Shown: in pieces, positions 1 through 13,865 of the stretch
How the letters are laid out: every line of letters starts with the position of its first letter
Numbering within the stretch: the first letter of the stretch is position 1
Assembly (NCBI GenBank): GCA_963790475.1
Contig: CAWBOS010000012.1
Span: forward strand, 1-64,000
From: an uncultured delta proteobacterium
GTDB taxonomy: Bacteria > Desulfobacterota > RBG-13-43-22
Direction: 5' to 3'
Length of the DNA: 64,000 bases
Made by a program: the position numbers and the translations under genes
The notes under the pieces: model-generated
The model's database searches: none
What the model saw: only the letters and a program-made list of their open reading frames with translations
What the model was told of the DNA's origin: nothing

Positions 1-1866
1 ATGACCTGCCTTTGGGAAGTTTCTATGGTTTCCAGGGCCAATCCCGAGGCCCATTCCCCTTTTTCCAGAATATGAAGAATCTTAAAAAACAATTCCTTCA
101 GCAACAGGGATTTCCAGTTGTTCCAGGCCCGGGTACTCGTGGCCAGGGCATCGGCATAGCTTAGCAGGTAGAGCATTTTCAGGGTTGCAGGATCTTGGAT
201 CTGTTGGGCCATGCGGACAATCAATTCTTCATCGTTCAAATCCCGTCGAAGGGCCGTCTCCACCAAAAGGAGATGATTTTTTACCAGAGAAGAAATGGCT
301 TTAGAGGTCTGGAGCGGCAGTTTGAGTCTTTCCGCTATACCCGGGATCATCAGGGCCCCTTGCTGAGCATGATTTTTTCCCTCACCTTTACCCAGGTCAT
401 GAAAAAGACCGGACAGGTAGAGGACCGAGAAATCTTCAATCTCTCCCCAAATGCCGAATAATAAGGGTTCTTCCTTCATATAGAATCCCTGGCCGATTTT
501 TTTCAGTTCCACCAGGGTCAGAAGCAGATGGATGTCCACGGTATAGACATGATAGGTGTCAAATTGAGTTCGGCAGACCGTGGCCTCGAATTCCGGAATG
601 TATTTGGTCAAAAACCCGGTTTGAAGCATGGTTTCCAATAATTCCCGCGGGGTTTTCAGGTCTTTGATGATGTCCAGAAAAAGCTCGCTGACCATTCGGG
701 AGTGTTGGAAACTCTCATCAACCAAGTATAAACATTGCCTGATCAATCGGATCGTTTCCTGGCTGAGTCGGGCTTCTTTCTTCAAGGCATACCAAAACAG
801 TTTCATCAGAACGGAAGGATTGTCCAAAATTACCTTGGCCGATTCGAGATAGATCCTCCCCCCTTCGAGAAATATTCCCGGCTCAATCTGTTCTCGGTGT
901 TTTTCCCCTTTTTGTCTCTGCTCGGTCAATCGTTCAAAAAAGTTTTGATGAATCGTCTGAACCGATTGAAGGTGCCGGTAAACATCCCGCATGAAGACCT
1001 CAACCGGAAGGATATCCCCCTGGTTTTTAATCCCGGCCCATTCGGCCATGGCTTCCTGAAATTCAAAAGAGAGTTGATCCGTTTTCCTTCCGGCCAGGTA
1101 ATGGAGTTGGTTGCGAAGCCGGAGTAAAAATTTTTGCGACTGGATCAACGTGTCCCGATCCTCCCAGGAAAGATAAGCCGTTTTTTTCCAAAGAGCGAAA
1201 GTCCGGGGCCTCTAAAAGGGCCTTCCCGATCCACAGGAGGATATGGATGTCCCGAAGCCCGCCACGCCCTTCTTTCAGGTGCGGTTCCAGAAAAAAAGCC
1301 GAGTCTCCGTATCGAAGATGTCGTTTCTCTCTTTCATTGAGAATCCACTCCTGCCACCTAAGGCCCTGCCCTTCTTTCAAAAGGGTTCCGATTTGTTTCT
1401 TAAGGGCCAGAGCCAGGGCAGGGTTGCCGGTTATTCGCCGGGCATCGAGCAAAGCGGTTAAAAACTGAGGGTCCGATCGGGCCATGGCCAGGCAATCGAC
1501 CATGGATTGCACCGTGTAGCCCAAATCATATCCTACATCCCATAAGGGATAAAGGACCTTTCGAATGGCTTCTTCGACCTGAGGGTCGTTCTTTTCAGGA
1601 TAAAGAAAAAGGAGATCGATATCCGAAAAAGGAGAGAGTTCCTTGCGGCCGTATCCCCCCAACCCCATGACCACACAGGATTGTTCCTCGCCCTCCAATC
1701 CGATAAGAGCCCTGACCTCCAAACTGTTAAAAACGGAAATAATAAAAACATCGATAAAGGAGGCATGCCGGCCGGCGATGGTCCCTCCCCCTTCGCCCTG
1801 GTCGTGCTGTCGCTTCAGCTTTTGACGCTGTTCAATGAGATATTTATTGTGCAGAGGTTCAGTCAT
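1..1866 (-). CDS. glnD: PII uridylyltransferase GlnD; one frameshift near 1175-1187; 3' end runs off the window
   Basis: ORF 1063..1866 has the nucleotidyltransferase motif GGYGRKELSPFSDIDLLFL and EPHLKEGRGGLRD. After a one-base shift the frame continues (YLSWEDRDTLIQSQKFLLRLRNQLH...YHVYTVDIH...LFHDLGKG, HD domain) with no stop to position 1. Lies downstream of a PII gene. Confidence 0.93.
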
Positions 1867-1876
1867 AATTATAAAA

Positions 1877-1980
1877 AGGTTCAGGGTTCAAGGTTAAGGT
1901 AAAATAAAAAACATAGGATGCAATGTCAAGGAATACGGTTTTACCCTTTTTTTTAACCTTTTACCTTGGATCTTTGAATC
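1877..1980. repeat. Degenerate 7-mer microrepeats in inverted arrangement (AGGTTCA-like vs TTAACCT-like) between glnB and glnD
   Basis: aggttca gggttca aggttaa gg at about 1877-1899 and ttaacct tttacct tggatct ttgaatc at about 1953-1980. Confidence 0.5.
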
Positions 1981-1995
1981 ACGACTCCTGTTTTT

Positions 1996-2388
<393 letters not shown>

Positions 2389-2422
2389 TCATATTTCTAA
2401 TCCAAATGATAATAGTAATCAG

Positions 2423-2438
2423 TGCAATTGATATGCCA
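2423..2438 (-). promoter_or_regulatory. Sigma-54 (-24/-12) promoter of glnB-glnD
   Basis: Minus strand TGGCAT-ATCAA-TTGCA matches the TGGCAC-N5-TTGC consensus. Confidence 0.85.
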
Positions 2439-2512
2439 CAGGCCTATCTTCTGTTTTTACTATAGAATTAGCCGCTTATAAAAATGAGGCCATCGGCCGA
2501 TAATAAATTAAT

Positions 2513-2552
2513 ACAAAAATGTTATTTTTTATCAAAAAACTTACATTAATGA
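2513..2552. promoter_or_regulatory. Tandem ACA-N4-TGT boxes, putative enhancer-binding-protein UAS
   Basis: acaaaaatgt (2513-2522) and acattaatga (2543-2552); the same arrangement recurs at three other sigma-54 promoters. Confidence 0.65.
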
Positions 2553-2632
2553 AATTTATCCAAAAGTTAAAATCCGGTTCATGTATCTTGAAGATTTTTT
2601 GAAATGAATTTCAATCAGAGCATCCGGACAAC

Positions 2633-3355
2633 TTAAGCGCCTTGCTCAAGCAGCTCCAGATAACGTCCGAAGAAAAGCCGTACCTGTTTTTGAAGCCTTT
2701 CCAAATAGATCCGGCTGTCTCGAAGGATATCCAGAGCGGTTAAAGGCTGAGGTTTGGCTTTTTTAATTTCTTCACTCCATTGGCCCAACCAGGTTTTTAT
2801 CATCGGCTCGGTTACCTCAAAGTGAAATTGAAGTCCGTAAGCCCATTCCCCGAACCGGAAGGCTTGAGAAGGATAGGCTTCGTTACCGGCCAGACAAATT
2901 CCTCCATTGGGAAGATCGAATGTCTCCCCATGCCACTGGAATACCAAAAAGCAAGGATCTAATAGGCAAAACAAAGGGTCCGATTTGGCCGAAGGGGTCT
3001 GATTCAGAAAATACCAGCCGATCTCCTTATGAGGGCCGGGGTACACCCGGGCCCCCAATGATTTGGCCATTATTTGCGCCCCCAGACAAATGCCCAAGAC
3101 CGGTTTTCCCAGTTTTAACATCTGGCGGATAAAGGGCAGTTCTCTTTTGAGAAAGGGATTACGATCCTCGTCGTTGGCGCTCATGGGGCCGCCCATAATC
3201 AAAATCAGGCCGTAGGAATCCACCGAATTCGGCAATACTTTTCCGGAATAAAGCGGTAGGATTTCCTGTTCCCACCCTCTTTCTTTTAAAATCTTTTCGA
3301 AAAGACCTCCCCCTTCCGAGGGATTATGCTTAATGATCAGAGAATTTTTTTCCAT
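2633..3355 (-). CDS. Type 1 glutamine amidotransferase (GMP-synthase-like GATase)
   Basis: MGGPMSA oxyanion strand, GICLGAQ nucleophile motif, QFHFE triad motif. Confidence 0.9.
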   Translation of the reverse strand: MEKNSLIIKHNPSEGGGLFEKILKERGWEQEILPLYSGKVLPNSVDSYGLILIMGGPMSANDEDRNPFLKRELPFIRQMLKLGKPVLGICLGAQIMAKSLGARVYPGPHKEIGWYFLNQTPSAKSDPLFCLLDPCFLVFQWHGETFDLPNGGICLAGNEAYPSQAFRFGEWAYGLQFHFEVTEPMIKTWLGQWSEEIKKAKPQPLTALDILRDSRIYLERLQKQVRLFFGRYLELLEQGA

Positions 3356-3361
3356 TAGTCT

Positions 3362-3615
3362 TTAATTTTGAAGGGTGATGGTGACCACATTTTGCCTGGC
3401 AATCATGAATTCCCCATCTTCTTTTTTGATGACTACGTGCATCAGGCCCAGGATCTCATACTCTCCATTTTTAAGGTTGCCAGCCCCAATTCCTCCAATT
3501 CCTTGGCCGGCAGTTGTTCGTCGAAATGTTCCCGTAACAACACTTTCCCTGAATAAGTCTTCAGGACTTCCGAAGGTACAATGAAATAGGGTCCCCAATT
3601 AAAAGACATGCTCAT
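3362..3615 (-). pseudogene. Small hypothetical gene, apparently disrupted (frame change or internal deletion)
   Basis: Strong RBS AAAGGAGGTGA precedes ATG 3615 (MSMSFNWGPYFIVPSEVLKTYSG...), which stops early; a plausible C-terminus (NGEYEILGLMHV...RQNVVTITLQN) lies in another frame ending at 3362. Confidence 0.5.
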
Positions 3616-3650
3616 TCACCTCCTTTCCGACGTAAATTCAGCGGCTCTGA

Positions 3651-4976
3651 TTACCTCAAGAATCCATAGCCTTCTTCCCCGTGCAGGCTTTCATCCATGC
3701 CCGCCAATTCATCTCCCTGCTCCATACGGAAGCCGATTATCTTGTTGATAACAAACAACAGCAGAAAAGTCAGTGCCCCGGCATACACCAGAGCCACCCC
3801 GACCCCCAGGGCCTGGATGCCAAACTGATTCCAAGCTGTCCAGATCCCCCCGGCCTTTTGGGCTGCCTCAGCCATCCAGCTGGGACGGATAAAAAAGGAA
3901 AGTAGAAGCACCCCCAGCGCACTTCCGACCCCATGAACCCCGAAGACGTCCAAGGTATCGTCATAGCCAAGTTTATACTTCAGGAGAATAGCGCAATAAC
4001 AAACCATAGCCGAAAGGGACCCAAGGATAAGTGCCCCGACCGGTTGAACCACCCCGGCCGCCGGGGTGATGGCCACCAAACCGGCCAATATGCCGGTGGC
4101 AAAACCCAGAGAAGTCGTCTTTTTTAAATGAATCCCTTCTATCAATACCCAGGTCAAAGAACCGGAAGCGGCCGAGAGTTGGGTCATGGTCAAGGCCCGG
4201 GCCGTATCCAGTCCGCTGGAAACGGTGCTGCCGGCATTGAAACCAAACCATCCCACCCACAACAGACCGGCCCCGGTCAGGGTCATAACCAGGTTGTTGG
4301 GCTGGATGGCTATCTTAGGATAGCCGTGCCGGGCACCAAGATATAAAGCGGCCACCAGGGCACTGACCCCGGCCGAGACATGGATGACCGTACCGCCGGC
4401 CAGATCGATCAGTCCCCGTGCCCCTGCTTGAAAAAGAAATCCATCTTCGGACCAGACCCAGTGGCATAACGGGCAATAAACCAATAAAAACCAAAGGGTG
4501 ATAAAAAGGGTGTAACTCCAAAAGCGCACCCGTTCGGCAAAGGCCCCGGCAATGAGGGCCGGGGTGATGATGGCGAATTTTCCCTGGAACATGGCCACCA
4601 CATATTCCGGCACCCGGGCCTTGTGAATGGTATCGTCAATTCCACTTAAGAAAAAATAATTTCCGTTCCAGCCGATCCATCCCCCAAGCATGTTTTTCCC
4701 AAAGGCCAGAGAATATCCGCAGACCGCCCACAGGACACCGATAACGGCCATGGCGATAAAACTGTGCATCATGGTGCCCAGGACATTTTTGGTTCGAACC
4801 AGCCCCCCGTAAAACATGGCCAGGCCGGGGACCATAAACAAGACCAACGCGGTGGAAATCAGCATCCAGGCCGTGGTACCGGTATCCACCGTCGGGGTTT
4901 CAGCGGCCCAGACCACCCGCTCCAAAAAAGTAAAAACCAGACAAAAGCAAACCGCCAGACCTTTCCTAAAGTTCAT
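3651..4976 (-). CDS. amtB: Ammonium transporter (Amt family), copy 1
   Basis: LVLFMVPGLAMFYGG, DLAGGTVIH, WFGFNAGS, DVFGVHG with both conserved His; start moved to ATG 4976 (RBS AGAGGGG) because TTG 5027 overlaps the promoter. Confidence 0.95.
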   Translation of the reverse strand: MNFRKGLAVCFCLVFTFLERVVWAAETPTVDTGTTAWMLISTALVLFMVPGLAMFYGGLVRTKNVLGTMMHSFIAMAVIGVLWAVCGYSLAFGKNMLGGWIGWNGNYFFLSGIDDTIHKARVPEYVVAMFQGKFAIITPALIAGAFAERVRFWSYTLFITLWFLLVYCPLCHWVWSEDGFLFQAGARGLIDLAGGTVIHVSAGVSALVAALYLGARHGYPKIAIQPNNLVMTLTGAGLLWVGWFGFNAGSTVSSGLDTARALTMTQLSAASGSLTWVLIEGIHLKKTTSLGFATGILAGLVAITPAAGVVQPVGALILGSLSAMVCYCAILLKYKLGYDDTLDVFGVHGVGSALGVLLLSFFIRPSWMAEAAQKAGGIWTAWNQFGIQALGVGVALVYAGALTFLLLFVINKIIGFRMEQGDELAGMDESLHGEEGYGFLR

Positions 4977-5022
4977 GTCAGCCCCTCTATCGATTATTTT
5001 TTTGCAACTATCGAGAGGCTTT

Positions 5023-5038
5023 TGCAAAAAAACGGCCA
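5023..5038 (-). promoter_or_regulatory. Sigma-54 promoter of amt copy 1
   Basis: Minus strand TGGCCG-TTTTT-TTGCA. Confidence 0.75.
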
Positions 5039-5115
5039 GGGCTGCCTGGTTATTTATTTCAGTTTAAAATCTGTCAGTTAACGAATAGGAATCAATAAGC
5101 CTCCTCCAATTAATT

Positions 5116-5157
5116 ACATTTTTGTCATTTTTTTTAAATATATAGATACTTTTTTGT
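5116..5157. promoter_or_regulatory. Tandem ACA-N4-TGT boxes, putative UAS
   Basis: acatttttgt (5116-5125) and acttttttgt (5148-5157). Confidence 0.6.
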
Positions 5158-5305
5158 AATTAGTCTTCGCGCGTTCCGGGTTAGAGCGGTATCAAGGCAA
5201 TTCCGTTTTAACCGCAATTCGTAACCATGAAATTTCCAATAGAGGAGAAAAGTCTTTCTTCTGACTTCTGACTCCTGGATTCTGAATTCCATGTTTATTT
5301 AAAGA

Positions 5306-6884
<1,579 letters not shown>

Positions 6885-6940
6885 GACCAACCTCCTCGTC
6901 TATAAAAGAATATCATGAAAATCACTTTAACACCTTATAA

Positions 6941-6956
6941 CGCAGGAAACATGCCA
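6941..6956 (-). promoter_or_regulatory. Sigma-54 promoter of amtB2-glnK
   Basis: Minus strand TGGCAT-GTTTC-CTGCG. Confidence 0.75.
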
Positions 6957-7035
6957 AATCAGTGATTTGAGTTTTATATTAATAAAAACTAATTGTTACA
7001 ATGACAGAGAGGCTCACGAGCTCAAGTAATAAATT

Positions 7036-7075
7036 ACAAAACTGTTATTTAATTAAATTTTATTTACAAAATTGT
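7036..7075. promoter_or_regulatory. Tandem ACA-N4-TGT boxes, putative UAS
   Basis: acaaaactgt (7036-7045) and acaaaattgt (7066-7075). Confidence 0.68.
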
Positions 7076-7160
7076 TTTTATCCAAGGACGATCTTTGCCC
7101 AGTCAACCGAAGAAACCCATTGTGGGCCGACCGGCAACAAACGATCGTCCTTGAATTGAT

Positions 7161-9186
<2,026 letters not shown>

Positions 9187-9261
9187 TGTTTCCTCCTAAG
9201 AGGTTCTCCGGAGTTTTTTTAAAAAAGACCTTCCCTCCGGAGAACTGAATTAAAAACTTGA

Positions 9262-10437
9262 TTACCAGGTATACATGACCCCCAAGGCGATGGTATGCTG
9301 GTTCTTATCCTTACCGCCGTTGAAACTGTTTTGGTCCGAGCAGTCATAGCGGTATTCGGGCCGGAGGATCAATCCTTTGGCTATCCGGAATTCCGGGGTA
9401 AAGGTGATTTCCTTAAGTATCTGGGCCGTTCCTGTCCTGGCCCCGTCCCGGTCGTTAAAATATTCCCCCCTCAGGGCCAGGCTGAAGAAATTATTGAAAT
9501 CATATTTGACGATCCCGGCTGCGCCATACCATAATGAATCCGCGCCACTGGCATTGGGGTCCTTCTGCTCGCTGCCATAATCGGTGTTCAAGATAAAACT
9601 CAAGTTCTTGATCGGCTTGATGGTCCCCACCCAGTCAAAGAGAAACCGGTTGTTGGAATTGTTGTCTTTCTGCTCCGGCCCGTACATGACGTTGAAACTC
9701 ATGGCCAGTTGCTCGATGGGGGTCCAGGCTAAACTCAGCCCGAGGGTCTTCCCGGTGTTGTTGTCATCCGTGTTATCCCAGCCATTTACTACATAAAAGC
9801 TCGTGGTCAGGGCCTCCGAAAAGGGATAGCTCACCATTAAACCGGTGTGGGTAAAAGGGATGGCAAAGTTAAATAGAAACGACCGGGAATAGTTGGGGTT
9901 GTCCCTGGCCTCGATGATCTCGGCCCCGTGATAGGTGGCCATTTTTCCGAAAGTGAACTTCAGTCCCTTGCCCAGAGGGACATTGTACTGGAGATAGGCT
10001 TCGGTCAGGTCAAAGGCCTCAGTGTCCGCCGGGGCCTGTCCGTCTTTGATACCCAGCCCGCGGGAGTGAATAAACTTGGCGGTCTCTCCGGCCGACAATT
10101 TAAGTTTGTAGCCCATTCCCCCTATTGGGGCATCTTTCAAAAACTGAATCTCAGCCAGGTCCAGGGTGAAGCTGCTGGCTTTATGGTCAAAGAGCCTTAA
10201 ATCATTCTCCTGGGAATCGGGGTTCCTGAAGTTATAGGTATATCCCCCCTGCAGATAGATACTCATCCCCAGGAGTTCCTTTATTTGATCGACGGACATG
10301 GCCGCCGGCTTGGCGGCCTCGGCCTTGGTCTCCTCAGGTTTGGCGGTCTCGGGCTTGGCTTCCTCGGCCATGGCCGTTACCGCGAGCCCCAAAAACATAA
10401 AAACAGCCATAGTCACACTCAAGAAACTCTTTTTCAT
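9262..10437 (-). CDS. Outer-membrane beta-barrel porin (OmpL/BBP2-like)
   Basis: Signal peptide; NPNYSRSFLFNFAIPFTHTG and VNGWD motifs; C-terminal aromatic residue (YTW); first gene of a porin-amt-glnK operon. Confidence 0.82.
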   Translation of the reverse strand: MKKSFLSVTMAVFMFLGLAVTAMAEEAKPETAKPEETKAEAAKPAAMSVDQIKELLGMSIYLQGGYTYNFRNPDSQENDLRLFDHKASSFTLDLAEIQFLKDAPIGGMGYKLKLSAGETAKFIHSRGLGIKDGQAPADTEAFDLTEAYLQYNVPLGKGLKFTFGKMATYHGAEIIEARDNPNYSRSFLFNFAIPFTHTGLMVSYPFSEALTTSFYVVNGWDNTDDNNTGKTLGLSLAWTPIEQLAMSFNVMYGPEQKDNNSNNRFLFDWVGTIKPIKNLSFILNTDYGSEQKDPNASGADSLWYGAAGIVKYDFNNFFSLALRGEYFNDRDGARTGTAQILKEITFTPEFRIAKGLILRPEYRYDCSDQNSFNGGKDKNQHTIALGVMYTW

Positions 10438-10510
10438 TCTCCTTGTTCCTTTCTCAGGTTGGTGATGCTGATTGGTGATTTAGATCCAACCCCTCTTGAC
10501 CCTATGAATG

Positions 10511-10526
10511 AGCAGAATCCATGCCA
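10511..10526 (-). promoter_or_regulatory. Sigma-54 promoter of porin-amt3-glnK
   Basis: Minus strand TGGCAT-GGATT-CTGCT. Confidence 0.75.
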
Positions 10527-10606
10527 ACCGAGTTTTATTTTTAATATTCCATTAATTACAATAAGTTGCTTGAGTTTTAGATAACGTCGGAGAATATCTT
10601 TAAATA

Positions 10607-10645
10607 ACAAATTTGTATTTTATTTTAAATTTTAAACATTATTGT
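10607..10645. promoter_or_regulatory. Tandem ACA-N4-TGT boxes, putative UAS
   Basis: acaaatttgt (10607-10616) and acattattgt (10636-10645). Confidence 0.68.
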
Positions 10646-10868
10646 ATTTTATAAAGAATTGCGGTAGTCACCCTTTTCTCAGAAATAGAAGCATAGAAGA
10701 GATTAATTAAAAAGAATTCAATACAAGTGCAAGACGACAGAAATAATGGATACCTATTCAATTTCATATAACTTTTACCTTTTATTAAATATGCTGGGGT
10801 GTTAAAATATCAGAGAAAATTGAGGAAAATAATCTTCGTATATTAATTGTTGGGCAAAAGGAGATAAT

Positions 10869-11596
10869 ATGAACAAGAATCACATCATCTCCGAAATCAA
10901 GCGCATAGCAAAAGAAAATAACGGTAACGCACCGGGCTTTAAGGTTTTTGAGCGTGAAACTGGAATCAGGGAATCTGATTGGTATCCATACATTTGGCTA
11001 CGCTGGGGTGATGCGCTTCTAGATGCTGGCTATGCTCCAAACAAGTTCAAAACAGCAATAGACAGTGATTTAATCATCCAAAGCTACATTGGCCTGGTGA
11101 GAGAATTGGGGAAGCTTCCCGTTGCAGGGGAGATTCGGCATAAATCTAAGAATGATAAATCATTCCCAAGTCATAATGTGTTTAACCGTTTTGGTGGGAA
11201 GGAAAATTTAATTGAAGCGGTTGTGCTTTATTGTCAGACACATCCAGGCAATGAAGATATTATTATACTTTGTTCAAAGTACACCCCTATTGCAACTCAC
11301 GAACAACAAGAAAATTCAAAGAAAACATCAAACGTGAATTCTGGCTTTGTCTACTTAATGAAATCCGGGAAGCATTACAAAATTGGTCGAACTAATTCTG
11401 TTGGTCGTCGAGAGCGAGAATTTGCAATCCAGATTCCAGTTCCACCAAAAACAATCCATAGAATCGAGACAGACGACCCTGTTGGATTGAAGCATACTGG
11501 CATAATAGATTTAAAGATAAACGAGGTGAGGGAGAATGGTTTGATTTGTCATCAAATGATATTGGGGGATTCAAGCGTTGGAAACGAATCTTCTAA
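10869..11596 (+). CDS. GIY-YIG (T5orf172/MUG113-like) nuclease with N-terminal helical repeats; frameshift near 11485
   Basis: [18 protein letters not shown]; after a one-base shift the frame reads [26 protein letters not shown]...KRIF* (stop 11594-11596). Confidence 0.8.
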
Positions 11597-11601
11597 AAAA
11601 T

Positions 11602-11658
11602 GCTCAATAAACGAATCCATCAGACGGCTGGTAGCCGCCGGTATCCGTAGCGTTGGGC
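11602..11658 (+). mobile_element. Degenerate integron attC site
   Basis: 57 bp imperfect palindrome GCTCAAT...GTTGGGC just after the nuclease stop; an identical core GTTGGGC lies at 10849-10855 before the gene. Confidence 0.6.
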
Positions 11659-11720
11659 GCAAAATGAAATATACTAACTTTATGCGATATCTGTCGGTTC
11701 TGGTATAATTAGATATTACC

Positions 11721-11993
11721 ATGAAATTTGAGTGGGATCACAAGAAAGCTGAGAAAAATATAAAAAAACATGGGGTTACATTTCAAGAGGCTTCTACAGT
11801 TTTTGGCGATCCTCTGGCTATTTCATTTCCAGACCCAGACCATTCCAAAGAAGAAGAAAGAGAATTGACTTTTGGGCAGTCTCTTCAAAGGCGTCTCGTC
11901 GTGGTCTCTCATACAAAACGTGGAGACCGAACAAGAATTATAAACGCGCGTCTTATGGACCGCAACGAAAGGGTGATCTATGAGGAAGGCTAA
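11721..11993 (+). CDS. brnT: BrnT-family toxin
   Basis: MKFEWDHKKAEKNIKKHGVTFQEA...DPDHS..EER...RIINAR signature. Confidence 0.92.
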   Translation: MKFEWDHKKAEKNIKKHGVTFQEASTVFGDPLAISFPDPDHSKEEERELTFGQSLQRRLVVVSHTKRGDRTRIINARLMDRNERVIYEEG

Positions 11994-12237
11994 GGAATCA
12001 GAAGAACTCCGCCCGAGGTATAAACGGGAGGACCTTGGCGTAGGAGTCCGTGGCAAATATTTTGAATCTTATCGCGAGGGAACAAACCTTGTTCTGCTCA
12101 ATCCAGAGGTCGCAAAAGTGTTCCCTACCGATGAATCAGTCAACGATGCACTTCGGTCTTTGATTGATCTCGCAGAAAAAGCAACAGGCCGAACAAGTCG
12201 TTCCCCCGGATCCCCCAAAAAAAGGGCTTCCAGATGA
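11980..12237 (+). CDS. Antitoxin partner of BrnT (BrnA-like)
   Basis: Overlaps the toxin; ELRPRY...GVRGKY...VLLNPEVAKVFPTDESVNDALRSL. Confidence 0.85.
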   Translation: MRKAKESEELRPRYKREDLGVGVRGKYFESYREGTNLVLLNPEVAKVFPTDESVNDALRSLIDLAEKATGRTSRSPGSPKKRASR

Positions 12238-12251
12238 ACTTTCCATTATAA
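12188..12251 (+). mobile_element. Second, more eroded attC-like site
   Basis: GCCGAAC-aagtc-gttc...gatgaac-tttcc-ATTATAA, overlapping the antitoxin 3' end. Confidence 0.45.
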
Positions 12252-12264
12252 TCGCAAAAATAAT

Positions 12265-12723
12265 ATGAAAAAAATTGAATTAAGACCAATCGGCTATGTG
12301 TCTTCGCCGGTAACCGAAAAGGTCGATGAAAATTGGGGAGGGGTCATTTCGCGTATCTTATTAAAACCTGAATATGCCGGTGCTTTGCTTGGGCTCGAAG
12401 ATTTCTCTCATGCCGTCATTGTCACCTATCTTCATCAAGCACATTATGAAAAAGAAAAACACCTGCAACGACGACCCCGGGGTTTGAAAAGCATGCCCAC
12501 AGTGGGAATTTTTTCGCAACGGGTAAAAGACCGACCTAATCCCATCGGCATTACTGCAGTTAAAATAATCAGTGTTGGTGATGATTATTTAGAGGTCCAG
12601 GGGCTCGACGCCATAAACGATACGCCGGTATTAGACATCAAGCCCTATTATCCCCAGTTTGATAGAATAGAGGACTCAATCGTCCCCGAATGGGTCAACC
12701 GATTGATGGAAAAGTATTTTTAA
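12265..12723 (+). CDS. TrmO/TsaA-family SAM-dependent tRNA methyltransferase (beta-barrel domain only)
   Basis: LRPIGYV...LLGLEDFSH...GIFSQR..DRPNPIG...GLDAINDTPVLDIKPY. Confidence 0.85.
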   Translation: MKKIELRPIGYVSSPVTEKVDENWGGVISRILLKPEYAGALLGLEDFSHAVIVTYLHQAHYEKEKHLQRRPRGLKSMPTVGIFSQRVKDRPNPIGITAVKIISVGDDYLEVQGLDAINDTPVLDIKPYYPQFDRIEDSIVPEWVNRLMEKYF

Positions 12724-12731
12724 ATACACAG

Positions 12732-13130
12732 ATGATGGCGAGAGGAACTGAAAGATTGGCTCACCCTTCGAAATGGAAGACCTATACTATTCAAGCGGCG
12801 GTCCTGAGGAGCCGAGGACCTCTCAAAATCGAGTCCCTCGAACTGGAAGGCCCTAGAGACGATGAGATCCTGGTAGGCATCGTCGCCAGCGGCATCTGCC
12901 ATACCGATATTAGTGTCATACAGGGAGATGCTGTGCCGCAGCGCTTTATCCCCAAGTTGATCGGACTGTACCAGACCGGGCGATTTCCCTTTGACCGCCT
13001 GGTGAAGTTCTATGACTTCAAGGAAATTAACAAGGCCATGGCCGATTCCAAAAAAGGCAGCACGATAAAGCCGGTGCTGCGAATCGGCTCGGTTTCGAAT
13101 AAAGAAGAATTCAGTGAGACTAGGTCTTGA
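12732..13130 (+). pseudogene. Zn-dependent (aryl-)alcohol dehydrogenase with a large in-frame internal deletion
   Basis: N-terminus (AAVLR...IVASGICHTD) joined directly to C-terminus (GDAVPQRFIPKLI..Y..GRFPFDRLV...IKPVL); catalytic and NAD-binding core missing. Confidence 0.8.
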
Positions 13131-13305
13131 AATATAAGTTTTATGGATAGGATATTCCCGCCTAAATATATTCTCTAAACGGTTGCCCTTTATTGAAAAA
13201 TTTTTTATATTACAGTTAAAATGGTGATAACAGAAGTAGGGGTAAAGAAAAAGTGATTTTTCAAGACCGGACCCCATGGCTCATAGGCATTGAGAAGGAT
13301 ACGCC

Positions 13306-13599
13306 ATGAACAAGCTATTACCAGCGTGGTTGTGGGCAACAATAGCGGGTGTAGGTGTACTCGTTCTCGGATTGGTGGATTGGCTGACGGGATATGAACT
13401 GAACTTCTTCCTGTTCTACTTTTTGCCTGTTTCGGTTGGCGCATGGTTTCTTGGATTAGGGGCCTCAGTAACTTTGTCTGTGCTTAGTGCCCTGGTGTGG
13501 TTCGGAGCAGACCCTTGTCAGGGCACGAATACTCCTCCCAGTTCTCTCACGGCTATTGTCCCGAATGAGCCAAGAAGGCCATCGAAGAGGCCGGTATGA
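13306..13599 (+). pseudogene. Truncated membrane sensor module (DUF4118-like N-terminus)
   Basis: Three hydrophobic segments (GLVDWLTGYELNFFLFYFLPV) followed by unrelated sequence; no output domain. Confidence 0.5.
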
Positions 13600-13865
13600 T
13601 CGGCAAGAAGACCAAACAATGAGGTCCACTGTATTTTCCTCAACCAGCGATGTATTCGGAAAAGGCGACCTCTAAAGTTCGGCTGAAAAGGAGGTAATAA
13701 GAATCGGAATAAATGTGTTTCTGGCGGTGAGGCTGTTCGACTGCTTTAGCCCGAGCAGGGCGCGGAAGGCGGCGGTACCGAAGCTGTATCAGGCCCTTTT
13801 TCAAGGCTTGGACACAAGACTCACCTAGCGGCAAGAGAAAACGGGAATTTACTTTAAAAGGAGTT

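Noticed and set aside
195-1902. Plus-strand ORFs opposite glnD, and the many other antisense or alternative-frame ORFs in the track
   Set aside because: They are shadows of well-supported genes and have no recognisable motifs.
4977-5027. N-terminal extension of Amt1 from TTG 5027, and similar over-long starts for glnK, UPF0016, tyrA, aroA and the MCP
   Set aside because: These extensions overlap promoters, the riboswitch or upstream genes; downstream ATGs have an RBS or translational coupling.
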